Source of the DNA: an uncultured Candidatus Saccharibacteria bacterium | GTDB lineage: Bacteria > Patescibacteriota > Doudnabacteria > UBA920 | Direction: 5' to 3' | DNA length: 64,000 nucleotides | NCBI GenBank assembly: GCA_964416765.1 | Contig: CAYQEU010000001.1 | Coordinates: forward strand, 130,541-194,540 | Part shown: one piece after another, positions 1 to 8,359 of the stretch | How the letters are laid out: the number at the start of each line of letters is the position of its first letter | How positions within the stretch are numbered: position 1 is the first letter of the stretch | Position numbers and translations under genes: made by a program | The notes under the pieces: generated by a model | The model's input: the letters and a program-made list of their open reading frames with translations, nothing else | What the model was told of the DNA's origin: nothing | The model's database searches: none

Positions 1-53
1 GCCAGCGTGCGCACCACCGTGAGCGGCGACTTTTATATAAAGAAACAATAGCT

Positions 54-392
54 ATGAAGATTTCCCTGGATTACAAAGCGTGGTACCGCAAAGCGGGCCA
101 AAACATTGGAGCGGTTTTGCTCGCAGTGCTTGTCCTGCTGCTGCTCATGGAAGCTTGGACCGTTAAGAGCGCCTGGGGTGTATTGTCCGATTCCAGCCAG
201 AGCACCCTGCTGGTTCCGGTAAAGCTCATTCGGATCAATTTTACTTCATATAATTTTATCGCCAAACGGGTACAGGACGCCGCTACTTACGCGCCGCAGC
301 CATTTGTTTCCAAGAGCCCGTTCGGGACAAATGAAAAGCCTGACAACGCGCCAGGCAGTTCGAGCACTAATTCCAATTCCGCGGCGCACTAG
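54..392 (+). CDS. hypothetical small protein with N-terminal hydrophobic segment
   Basis: ORF track only; weak RBS; hydrophobic stretch LLAVLVLLLL; no recognisable motif. Confidence 0.2.
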   Translation: MKISLDYKAWYRKAGQNIGAVLLAVLVLLLLMEAWTVKSAWGVLSDSSQSTLLVPVKLIRINFTSYNFIAKRVQDAATYAPQPFVSKSPFGTNEKPDNAPGSSSTNSNSAAH

Positions 393-418
393 CCGCGATG
401 CTTTGAGTAAAGTGGGAG

Positions 419-940
419 TTACCGCAAATAGGTAGCGATACTGGCCGCCACGACGAGCAATACGCCGAGCGTGGCTATTAGTTTTGCCACAAAGCTCAAC
501 CAGCGGCCGCCGGCGGAAATTATTAGCATATACCCGGCAACCATGAGGGTGACAACGCTCACTTCAAAAGCTTGGCCAAGCATAGTCATGGCGCTGCTGT
601 TATCCGGGGTAAAGGGGTTGGCGGGGATGAGGAAGTAGGCAAGGGAAACAATGGTGTAAGAAAATACCACCAGCAGGATTCCCCAAGCAATTGACTTGGC
701 ACTGTGCACCACGGCAACTAGCTCAAAGTCATCCATGGTATGTTTCTTCTTTGAACCTTGTTTGCCCATGGCTTTAATCCATCGGTAATGTTTCAGCCCA
801 AAGTAGGCGAGGCCGAACAACATTACCACCCAGAAGTCGGACAGTAACGTATTTATGAGGTTGTGGAATACCTCAGCGTCATTAGTAACCATTTTGTTTC
901 GTTTAATTTTGCGGGCGGCGCTAAAGCCGCGCGCTGACAT
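419..940 (-). CDS. hypothetical integral membrane protein (about 4 TM helices)
   Basis: ORF with several hydrophobic helices; real start may be the internal Met (MVTNDAEV); no family recognised. Confidence 0.4.
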   Translation of the reverse strand: MSARGFSAARKIKRNKMVTNDAEVFHNLINTLLSDFWVVMLFGLAYFGLKHYRWIKAMGKQGSKKKHTMDDFELVAVVHSAKSIAWGILLVVFSYTIVSLAYFLIPANPFTPDNSSAMTMLGQAFEVSVVTLMVAGYMLIISAGGRWLSFVAKLIATLGVLLVVAASIATYLR

Positions 941-949
941 ACATAGTAT

Positions 950-976
950 AACAAAAAATCCCCATACCTTGGGGAT
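950..976 (-). terminator. intrinsic terminator downstream of the tRNA-Arg/tRNA-Lys operon
   Basis: 7-bp GC-rich hairpin (ATCCCCA/TGGGGAT) followed on minus strand by TTTTTTGT. Confidence 0.55.
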
Positions 977-982
977 ATTCTC

Positions 983-1058
983 TGGTGGAACGGGTGGGAC
1001 TCGAACCCACGACCGAGTGCTTAAGAGGCACCTGCTCTACCAACTGAGCTACCGTTCC
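983..1058 (-). tRNA. tRNA-Lys (anticodon CTT)
   Basis: Hand-folded cloverleaf: acceptor GGAACGG/CCGTTCC, D arm GCTCAGTTGGTAGAGC, anticodon loop CTCTTAA, T loop TTCGAGT, encoded CCA. Confidence 0.85.
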
Positions 1059-1077
1059 ATAATCTTTTTTGTAATTT

Positions 1078-1154
1078 TGGTGCGCCCGGCAGGAGTTGAA
1101 CCTACTACCTTCTGGTTCGAAGCCAGACGCTCTATCCAGATGAGCTACGGGCGC
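1078..1154 (-). tRNA. tRNA-Arg (anticodon TCG)
   Basis: Cloverleaf: acceptor GCGCCCG/CGGGCGC, anticodon stem TCTGG/CCAGA, loop CTTCGAA, T loop TTCAACT, encoded CCA. Confidence 0.8.
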
Positions 1155-1179
1155 TCAACATTTGGCACAAATCCCCGTT

Positions 1180-1208
1180 ATTTTAACCCATTCCGGGGGA
1201 TTTTTCAA
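1180..1208 (-). promoter_or_regulatory. sigma70-like promoter for the tRNA-Arg/tRNA-Lys operon
   Basis: On minus strand TTGAAA-N17-TAAAAT, about 25 nt upstream of the tRNA-Arg 5' end; divergent from holA-like gene. Confidence 0.5.
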
Positions 1209-1237
1209 GGGGGCCCGGGCTTGGTACAATAACCTGT

Positions 1238-2197
1238 ATGATTAGTATATTTATTGGCAAGGACAATTTTTCTAAACAGCAGCGCCTCAAGGAGCTGGCA
1301 AAGGAAACAGGCGTTGATTTACGATGGTTTCGCGAAGGCGATTCTTCCCCCAGCGTGGGCGAATTGGGCGGGACGGCTTTATTTGGGCCGGCCGAAGCCT
1401 ATGTTTTTGACAATAGCATTGCCAAAAGCGGTTTGCTGGATAATTTAGAGAGCTTGCTGGCAACCAGCGGTCGGGTAATAATTATGGAAGATGCCGCTCC
1501 GAAGCGGGGGAGCTCCCTCCAGTTGCTGGCTGGAAATGAAATCGTGGAAGTGGTTACCTTTGACCCGCCAGAAACTACGAAGTTGCCGGCTTGGATTGCT
1601 CAGCGCGCTGAACACCACGGCGCCAGCATCAACAAAGAGGGGATTGCAGAACTCATTGCCGCGTTGGTGCCTCAACCCGCTTCGTCCTGGGAAAAACCCT
1701 TGGTTGATTTAAGGCAAATGGACCTGGAACTCCAAAAATTGGCAACCTATGCCGACGGGCAGGCGATTACCGCGGACACCGTGCGCGAACTGACCAAGCG
1801 GAACACGGAAACTCAAGTGTGGCACGTTATCAACGCCATTGCCGACAAGAACAGTAAATCTGCTTTTGCCGCGCTGGAAAAGTTTTTGGCGGAAGCCGAT
1901 GGCAGCGGCGATGACAAGTCAAAAATAATTTTGTTGAATGCTTTGCTGGCTGACCAGTTCCGCAATATTCTGTTGGTTCAGGATATGCAGAACCGCTCGG
2001 TGCCCGACTCCGCCATTTTGGGACAGACCGGTTGGAAAAGCGGGCGACTGTTCCAGCTAAAGAAATTAGCGGCGCGTTTTAACACCCTTCAGGTTAACCA
2101 GATATTACAGCGCCTGGCGGATTTGGACGTAGAGCTGAAAACTTCAGCGACCCCGCCGCGCCCAATCGTAGACCTTATTTTAGCCCAGGTTTTGTAG
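1238..2197 (+). CDS. holA: DNA polymerase III delta subunit-like (HolA-like) protein
   Basis: 319 aa; overall resemblance to HolA N- and C-terminal regions from memory; possible TGn-extended -10 TACAAT just upstream; not motif-verified. Confidence 0.4.
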   Translation: MISIFIGKDNFSKQQRLKELAKETGVDLRWFREGDSSPSVGELGGTALFGPAEAYVFDNSIAKSGLLDNLESLLATSGRVIIMEDAAPKRGSSLQLLAGNEIVEVVTFDPPETTKLPAWIAQRAEHHGASINKEGIAELIAALVPQPASSWEKPLVDLRQMDLELQKLATYADGQAITADTVRELTKRNTETQVWHVINAIADKNSKSAFAALEKFLAEADGSGDDKSKIILLNALLADQFRNILLVQDMQNRSVPDSAILGQTGWKSGRLFQLKKLAARFNTLQVNQILQRLADLDVELKTSATPPRPIVDLILAQVL

Positions 2198-2200
2198 GGG

Positions 2201-2229
2201 TTGAATTTTTGATGAATTTGTGCTACAAT
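2201..2229 (+). promoter_or_regulatory. sigma70-like promoter (TTGAAT-N17-TACAAT with TGn)
   Basis: Near-consensus -35/-10 with 17-nt spacer; shares a 13-nt motif (aattgtgctaYAATA) with the promoter at 2376. Confidence 0.5.
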
Positions 2230-2267
2230 ATAAAAAGACATTAACTCTCACCTCCGGCGAATACTTT

Positions 2268-2348
2268 ATGAGCAAAAAAACCATCAGAATAATAACTATT
2301 GTTGTAATCATTATTGCCATACTGGCACCGCTCTCCGCCTTCATGTAG
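2268..2348 (+). CDS. 26-aa hydrophobic small peptide (MSKKTIRIITIVVIIIAILAPLSAFM)
   Basis: ATG..TAG ORF between promoter at 2201 and hairpin terminator at 2353; lysine-rich N-terminus plus a single TM-like helix; no SD. Confidence 0.3.
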   Translation: MSKKTIRIITIVVIIIAILAPLSAFM

Positions 2349-2352
2349 ACTT

Positions 2353-2377
2353 CTTCCCGCAAGGGGAGTTTTCATTT
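2353..2377 (+). terminator. intrinsic terminator (CTTCCC-gcaa-GGGGAG + TTTTCATTT)
   Basis: 6-bp stem with a U-tract; the same GGGGAG-TTTT design recurs at 3826 and 16117. Confidence 0.45.
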
Positions 2378-2404
2378 GCAAAAACCCTAAAATTGTGCTA
2401 TAAT
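2376..2404 (+). promoter_or_regulatory. sigma70-like promoter (TTGCAA-N17-TATAAT)
   Basis: Consensus-like hexamers with 17-nt spacer; followed by an A-rich leader (aaataaaa repeats) to ORF 2462. Confidence 0.5.
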
Positions 2405-2461
2405 AAGGGTAGTTGAAAATCTGTAAGAAATAAAAACAAATAAAACTAAATAAAATATAAA

Positions 2462-2692
2462 ATGCGAGATAATCGTGCGTTTGTTTTGGTTGTTGGTCTG
2501 CTCTTAACCTTTATGGTAGGTGCCACTCGGGTACAATCCTACGTTAACGGCATAGAGCATATCAAAGGCGGGGGAGCGATCCATACTTTTAAGATGGACC
2601 GTTTTTACCTGCGTAAATTCACCGGAAACCTTATTAGTTATTGGATGAATACCAAATATAACCCTTCGGATGACGAAGAAGGGTGGGTGTAA
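2462..2692 (+). CDS. hypothetical small secreted/membrane-anchored protein
   Basis: 76 aa; N-terminal signal/TM segment; no SD; no known motif. Confidence 0.3.
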   Translation: MRDNRAFVLVVGLLLTFMVGATRVQSYVNGIEHIKGGGAIHTFKMDRFYLRKFTGNLISYWMNTKYNPSDDEEGWV

Positions 2693-2756
2693 TATTCCAT
2701 TATTTTGTGCGTTATGTTATAGTCGTAGTGAAATACGACATAATTAAGCCAAATTT

Positions 2757-3803
2757 ATGAAAACAACCAAAGTTTTAGGCTTTTTGGTCCTAATCAGCCT
2801 TTTTATGGGCTTTTCTGGGGGTTCGAAAGCGAGTGCGGACGTAGTTGCCGGGCTAGTACTCAACGGAGTAAGTCCTTCCTCAGGACCCATCAGCTCCACT
2901 ATTACCCTAAATGGGTCAGGCTTCTCCACCATGAACATCAATACGATGTACGGTGGCGGAGTTTGGTTTACTGACGGCACATATTCTGCCAACCTGTACA
3001 GTTCTCTCAAAGTCATAAATGACAATGTCGCTACCGTGGTAGTGCCAAACAGTCTCTGTTATGGAGTGGAAGGAAACTGTAACACCGAGCATTACAGTAT
3101 TCAGCCGTTCGGTGAGTATTCCATTTATATCAAATCAAACATCGGCAATGTGGGAGTACAAACCACCGCTAGCGTAAAGTTCACCGTAATTGCGTCGCCG
3201 ACCACCAGTTCCCATCCGGTTGGCAGTACCGTGCGTGGTTCAGATGGCACCGTGTACTTCATCAGTACCGGCAATACACGCAGCCCATATACTTCTTCGG
3301 GCGCATTCCTATCATACAAGTTCAACAACTGGGCCAACTTGCAGACCGCCAACAGCGCTGACATGGATTTGCCTTTGACCAGCTACTTTGACGGTAATCA
3401 TTATTACACTTACTTCATTCCGCCGCGCAACGGCTCGTTGATTAATGACCACGGCACAGTATATCTGATTACCAATGGCCAGCGTGCCGGTTTCACTTCG
3501 GCTAACGTCTTCCTTGAAGGCGGTTACTCTTTCGGGAATGTGTATGCCGGTGACACCTCGTTCATGACTACACTGAGTCCGATCAAATCTTCAGCGATGG
3601 CCCACAGCGAGGGGACACTAATTAATGATAACGGCACCATGTACGTCATTAAGGGCGGTTCCCGCCTTGGCTTCCCATCCATGAGTGTTCTCGAGTCTTG
3701 GGGATTCTGGGTGCAGGACGCGGTTCCAGCCAACGGCTATGACCGCAATATCCCAGTCGGCGGCGTTATTCAAACCAGGCAAGCCGACCAGATCAACATT
3801 TAA
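2757..3803 (+). CDS. secreted protein with three tandem ~60-aa repeats
   Basis: Signal peptide (MKTTKVLGFLVLISLFMGFSGGSKASA); repeated blocks GTVY(F/L)I(S/T)(T/N)G..R..(Y/F)(T/P)S...(F/V)L. Confidence 0.6.
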   Translation: MKTTKVLGFLVLISLFMGFSGGSKASADVVAGLVLNGVSPSSGPISSTITLNGSGFSTMNINTMYGGGVWFTDGTYSANLYSSLKVINDNVATVVVPNSLCYGVEGNCNTEHYSIQPFGEYSIYIKSNIGNVGVQTTASVKFTVIASPTTSSHPVGSTVRGSDGTVYFISTGNTRSPYTSSGAFLSYKFNNWANLQTANSADMDLPLTSYFDGNHYYTYFIPPRNGSLINDHGTVYLITNGQRAGFTSANVFLEGGYSFGNVYAGDTSFMTTLSPIKSSAMAHSEGTLINDNGTMYVIKGGSRLGFPSMSVLESWGFWVQDAVPANGYDRNIPVGGVIQTRQADQINI

Positions 3804-3825
3804 GGTCAACATCTGGTACGTAATC

Positions 3826-3858
3826 AAAACTCCCCTCGGAAGAGGGGAGTTTTTATTT
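3826..3858. terminator. bidirectional intrinsic terminator between the repeat protein (+) and typA (-)
   Basis: 9-bp stem ACTCCCCTC/GAGGGGAGT flanked by A-run and T-run. Confidence 0.7.
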
Positions 3859-5701
3859 AGGAACGTTTGTCTCGTTTGCGGTCGGTGGCCGACAGCAGCC
3901 GCTTTCTAATACGGATACTTTGCGGGGTAACCTCAGCCAGTTCATCAGGTCCAATGTATTCCAGGGCAAAGTCCAGTGTAATTTCTTTTGGCGGAGTGAG
4001 GATGAGCGCGTCGTCAGCACCGGAAGAACGCATGTTGGTAAGCTTCTTGGTTTTGCAAACATTAACTTCAAGGTCCATATCCAGCGAATTCTTGCCCACT
4101 ACCATTCCTTCGTAAACATCGACGGCTGGGCCAATGAACATGACACCGCGTTCCTGGGCGTTATTCAGGCCATAGGCGTTGGAGGTGCCGCTTTCAGAAG
4201 CGATAATGGAGCCGTGTTCGTTGCCGCGCAGGTCAATTTCGTGTACGGGCTTGTAGGAATCAAACAGGTTGTTGATGATGGCGGTACCGCGGGTACGGGT
4301 AAGGAGCAGGTTCTTTAACCCAATCAAACCGCGGGTCGGAATAAGGTATTCCACGTGCAGTTCCCCCGAAGCGTCGGATTCCATGTGCTGCATGTCCCCG
4401 CCGCGGCGGCCTACTTCTTCAATAACGACGCCCTGGTGTTCGCCTGGGACATCAATGGTCAGGATTTCATATGGTTCCATTTTCTGGCCGTTTTCCTCGT
4501 GGAAGATAACCTGGGGCTGGGATACCTGGAGTTCAAACCCCTCACGGCGCATGGTTTCTATTAACACGCCGAGGTGGAGCTCTCCGCGTCCGGATACGAG
4601 GAATGAGTCGCCAGTGGCTTCTTCCACTTTGAGCGCCACGTTGGTTTCCAGTTCTTTAAACAAGCGGTCGCGGATGTTGCGGGAGGTTACCAATTTGCCT
4701 TCACGGCCCGCGAATGGGGAAGTGTTTACCCCGAAAGTCATTTTAATGGTGGGCTGCTCGATTTCAACCGGCGGAATTTGAATGGGGTTGTTGGAATCAG
4801 TGATGGTGTCGCCAATCTGCACGTCATCAAAACCGGCCAAAGCGACAATGTCTCCGGCAGTGGCTTCATCGTACTCAGTTGGGACCAAACCGCGGTACAT
4901 TTGTAGGGAAGAAATTTTGCCGGCGGTTTGCTTTCCGTCGCGGTCGATCTTAACAACGGCTTGCGCTTTCTTAACGCTGCCAGAGGTAATTTTACCGATA
5001 CCGATTTTGCCTTTGTAATTGTCAGAGCGCAAGGCGAGAATGAGTACCGCAAACGGGTCTTCCGGAGAAACTTCCGGCGCGGGGATGTGTTCAATTATCG
5101 CGTCAAAAATGGGAGTAATATTAGCCTTGTCGTTCGGTAGTTCAGCGCCTGATTTAAGCGCGGTCAAAACTTCATCCAGGTTAGTGGAGGCAACACCCTT
5201 AACACCGCTTGCGTAGATAATGGGGAAGTCGAGCTGGGTTTCGGTGGCATGGAGGGAGACAAACAAATCGAAAGTCTTGTTTACTACTTCATCAACTTGG
5301 GCGTCCGGTTTGTCTACTTTGTTGATTACGACAATTGCGCGGTGGCCGAGCTCCAGCGCTTTTTTTAGCACGAACTTGGTTTGGGGCATGGGGCCTTCTT
5401 TGGCGTCCACCAAAAGAAGCACGCCGTCAGCCATTTTCAGGGTGCGTTCAACTTCGCCGCCGAAATCAGCGTGGCCTGGGGTATCGACAATGTTGATATG
5501 GAAGTCTTTGTAATCAATGGAGGCGTTCTTGGCGGTAATGGTAATGCCGCGCTCACGTTCCAAGTCGCCGGAGTCCATAATCAAATCGCCGCCATCGTTT
5601 TTGACGGTGTCGGTCTGTTTGAGCATGGCGTCTACTAAGGTAGTTTTGCCGTGGTCAACGTGGGCGATAATGGCAACGTTGCGGAGGTTGTCTCGTTTCA
5701 T
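3857..5701 (-). CDS. typA: translational GTPase TypA/BipA
   Basis: 614 aa; G1 motif [18 protein letters not shown]; EF-G-like domain order without domain IV. Confidence 0.9.
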   Translation of the reverse strand: MKRDNLRNVAIIAHVDHGKTTLVDAMLKQTDTVKNDGGDLIMDSGDLERERGITITAKNASIDYKDFHINIVDTPGHADFGGEVERTLKMADGVLLLVDAKEGPMPQTKFVLKKALELGHRAIVVINKVDKPDAQVDEVVNKTFDLFVSLHATETQLDFPIIYASGVKGVASTNLDEVLTALKSGAELPNDKANITPIFDAIIEHIPAPEVSPEDPFAVLILALRSDNYKGKIGIGKITSGSVKKAQAVVKIDRDGKQTAGKISSLQMYRGLVPTEYDEATAGDIVALAGFDDVQIGDTITDSNNPIQIPPVEIEQPTIKMTFGVNTSPFAGREGKLVTSRNIRDRLFKELETNVALKVEEATGDSFLVSGRGELHLGVLIETMRREGFELQVSQPQVIFHEENGQKMEPYEILTIDVPGEHQGVVIEEVGRRGGDMQHMESDASGELHVEYLIPTRGLIGLKNLLLTRTRGTAIINNLFDSYKPVHEIDLRGNEHGSIIASESGTSNAYGLNNAQERGVMFIGPAVDVYEGMVVGKNSLDMDLEVNVCKTKKLTNMRSSGADDALILTPPKEITLDFALEYIGPDELAEVTPQSIRIRKRLLSATDRKRDKRS

Positions 5702-5868
5702 TTTGGGTCTTCTTCTCTTACCCCGCGGCGCGGGGCGGCAGGCAGTTTAATCATTAAAAAATAGCCGCTGGCTACTGTGCCTTTTAGGGCTAATGTAAGT
5801 AAAATTATACCGGAAACTCGCCAAAAAAGCAAGTGTCCGGTATAAGTGGCGGTTGGCATTGAAACCAA

Positions 5869-7263
5869 CTAATCCATATAACTTTCTACCAATATGAAGT
5901 CCATAAGCCTTTGCGGCAAAGGTGTTTCGCCCAGTTTATAGTACAGGTGGGGGTCGGAGGAGTTATCGGTGTTCTGATACTCGGCGGTTGCGGTCGAACA
6001 TTCCATGTTCAGCCACATTTTAAGCGCTGGGATCAGACTTTCCCGAATCACGTCGCCCGGCGTGGCAAACGCTGGAGCCGTGGCGGTGGCGGCGATCTCC
6101 CTGACCTCGTCTTCGGGATTGGGTTGAACCCCGTAAACAGTTGTGTAATCTCCGAGAATCAATGCTCCCGGTTGTTTGGCGAACCGCAGGCTGCCCTCCG
6201 ATTCGTCAAAAAATACATTTACCAGGTCACCAGTTTCAACCTGTTCTGAAGCGACTAGGTTGGAGAGTGGGTAAACCAGGTAACGTTCGATGGCGCGTTT
6301 CAGGTGGCGCGCGCCGTACTGGAGTTCCGTGCCTTCGCGAAGCAGGAAATCCTTAGCGTCATCCCTGCACTCAAAGACAAATTTTGTCTTCGCCGAATGG
6401 GTGATACGGTCCTGGACCATCCCAAGCTCAATATCCATGATTTGGCGGATATGGTGCTCTTTCAGGCTGCGAAAGACCACGGTTTTATCTATACGGTTCA
6501 TGAATTCGGGGGAAAATTTCTTTTTTGCCGCCTCCACAGCGACTTTATAAATTTTCGAATCCACTTCCGTGTCTTCCTGGCGCACGGGAGGGGCGAATCC
6601 TATCCCTCCTGAGATAGTCTCGCTCATTTCGCGGGCGCCTAGGTTAGATGTCATCAAGACAATAGTCTTTGTGAAATCAACCTTCCGGTTGTCGCCGAGG
6701 GTAAGGATACCCTTATCCATGATTCCGAGCATGAGCTGCCAGAGATATACACTGGCCTTCTCAATTTCGTCGAACAGGACAAGCGACATTTGGGTATCGT
6801 CCGTGTATGCCTTGTCCAGGTTTTCCTGGGTGAACATGGGAGAGGTTTGCCGGTGCCCGAGATATCCCGGCGGCGAACCAATGAGCTTGGCGATTTCGTG
6901 ACTGTGCTGGAATTCAGCGCAGTCAATTTTTAGCATCGCGGTAGGGCTGCCAAAAAGTGTTTCGGCGGCCGCTTCCACGACCCGTGTTTTCCCCGTGCCC
7001 GTTGGACCGAGGAATAGCATGGTGCCCAGGGGGCGGCTAGGGTTATTCATATTAGCCAGGTAAATTTGGTACAGTCCGCTCATGCGACGGACCGCCCGCT
7101 CCTGGCCGACTATTAACGATGATAGCTTTTCCTCAAACTCAGCAGCTCGAGGACTTTTGCGCTCAGGGTCCAGCAGGATTCCTGATTTGGCTTCAATTGG
7201 CATAATTCCTCCATAAGCGTCTTCGGTTAAGATTCCAACATTCTCGGCGTTTCTCATTGCCAA
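5869..7263 (-). CDS. stand-alone Clp/Hsp100-type AAA+ ATPase (D2-like module only) with C-terminal extension
   Basis: Walker A GPTGTGKT, sensor/arginine-finger region, GYLGH motif of ClpA/B/C D2, IGF-like loop (GGIGFAPP); lacks N-domain and D1; about 130-aa unique C-terminus. Confidence 0.65.
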   Translation of the reverse strand: MAMRNAENVGILTEDAYGGIMPIEAKSGILLDPERKSPRAAEFEEKLSSLIVGQERAVRRMSGLYQIYLANMNNPSRPLGTMLFLGPTGTGKTRVVEAAAETLFGSPTAMLKIDCAEFQHSHEIAKLIGSPPGYLGHRQTSPMFTQENLDKAYTDDTQMSLVLFDEIEKASVYLWQLMLGIMDKGILTLGDNRKVDFTKTIVLMTSNLGAREMSETISGGIGFAPPVRQEDTEVDSKIYKVAVEAAKKKFSPEFMNRIDKTVVFRSLKEHHIRQIMDIELGMVQDRITHSAKTKFVFECRDDAKDFLLREGTELQYGARHLKRAIERYLVYPLSNLVASEQVETGDLVNVFFDESEGSLRFAKQPGALILGDYTTVYGVQPNPEDEVREIAATATAPAFATPGDVIRESLIPALKMWLNMECSTATAEYQNTDNSSDPHLYYKLGETPLPQRLMDFILVESYMD

Positions 7264-7324
7264 AGTTAAAGAAATTATAGTCCAAATAGGACCTTTTTGC
7301 TATACTGAAAATGTAAATTTAACC

Positions 7325-8359
7325 TTGTTTATGGCGTATAAACCTTTTCAGTCCATCGCTTTCTTTGTTTTCCTGGGAGCCCTATTTTTATTGGTTGTTT
7401 TCATGGCCCGGCCATTCATAAGCATCCTGGCTGTTAGTGTAATGGCAGCCATTTTAATTGAGCCATTGCAGCACCGGATTATGGATGTTTTTAAGTCACG
7501 TACAATTTCGGCAATATTGGCCGTATTAATAGTTGCTATGGGAGTAAGTTTAATCTTAACCCTGGCAGGGCGCCTATTGGCTTCGGAAATCTCCATTGTT
7601 TATGACCACATCCAGTCAGGGGACCTGGTTATTAACAAGGACCAAATTATACAAAACATCCCGGGACCGATACGTGACGGGGTCCAGGATATTACCCAGA
7701 ACCTCAACAACCTTGTTAGCCAGTTTTCAAACCAGGAATTGAATTCACTAACCGCGATAGCTTCCAATATTGCCAGTTTCGCGGCGCAGTTAATCATAAT
7801 GGTTATAGCCACATTTTATTTGCTTCGTGATGCTCCCAAGATAAAAAATCTTATAATCGAACTATCCCCATTGGCCTCAAAACAGGAAGATGTGCTGTTG
7901 AAAAAAATTGTTGCGTCAGTTAACGGGGTTATTAGGGGGTCGTTGCTTACCGCATTGTGCCATGGAGTTTCCGCCACAATCGGGTTTACCATATTCGGCA
8001 TTCCCAACCCGTTGGTCTGGGGTTTCTTTACCGTACTATTGGCAATCATTCCAACAATCGGCGCCCCAACTGCACTGGGATCCGGTGTTATTTATTTCCT
8101 AATCACGGGCCACATTCCTCAGGCAATTGGCTTGGCCATATGGGCGTTCTTTTCAATTGGGTTAATCGACAACTTGGTAGGGCCCAATATTGTTGGCGCT
8201 CGTGTCCAAATCCACCCGCTCTTAGTTATGATTGGTGTTTTGGGGGGACTGTTATTCTTTGGCCCGCTGGGCTTTCTGATCGGACCGACTGTGATGGCGA
8301 TCTTCGTGGCCACCGTAGAAATTTACCGAACCGATTTTAAAGATTATTTCTTTAAGTAA
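7325..8359 (+). CDS. AI-2E family transporter (PerM/UPF0118-like)
   Basis: 344 aa, 7-8 TM helices, typical AI-2E topology and length. Confidence 0.65.
   Translation: MFMAYKPFQSIAFFVFLGALFLLVVFMARPFISILAVSVMAAILIEPLQHRIMDVFKSRTISAILAVLIVAMGVSLILTLAGRLLASEISIVYDHIQSGDLVINKDQIIQNIPGPIRDGVQDITQNLNNLVSQFSNQELNSLTAIASNIASFAAQLIIMVIATFYLLRDAPKIKNLIIELSPLASKQEDVLLKKIVASVNGVIRGSLLTALCHGVSATIGFTIFGIPNPLVWGFFTVLLAIIPTIGAPTALGSGVIYFLITGHIPQAIGLAIWAFFSIGLIDNLVGPNIVGARVQIHPLLVMIGVLGGLLFFGPLGFLIGPTVMAIFVATVEIYRTDFKDYFFK

Noticed and set aside
2180-2362. 60-aa minus-strand ORF in the AT-rich region
   Set aside because: It lies antisense to the 26-aa peptide module, with no RBS and low-complexity composition. 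More likely an antisense artefact, though an antisense RNA from this strand is not excluded.
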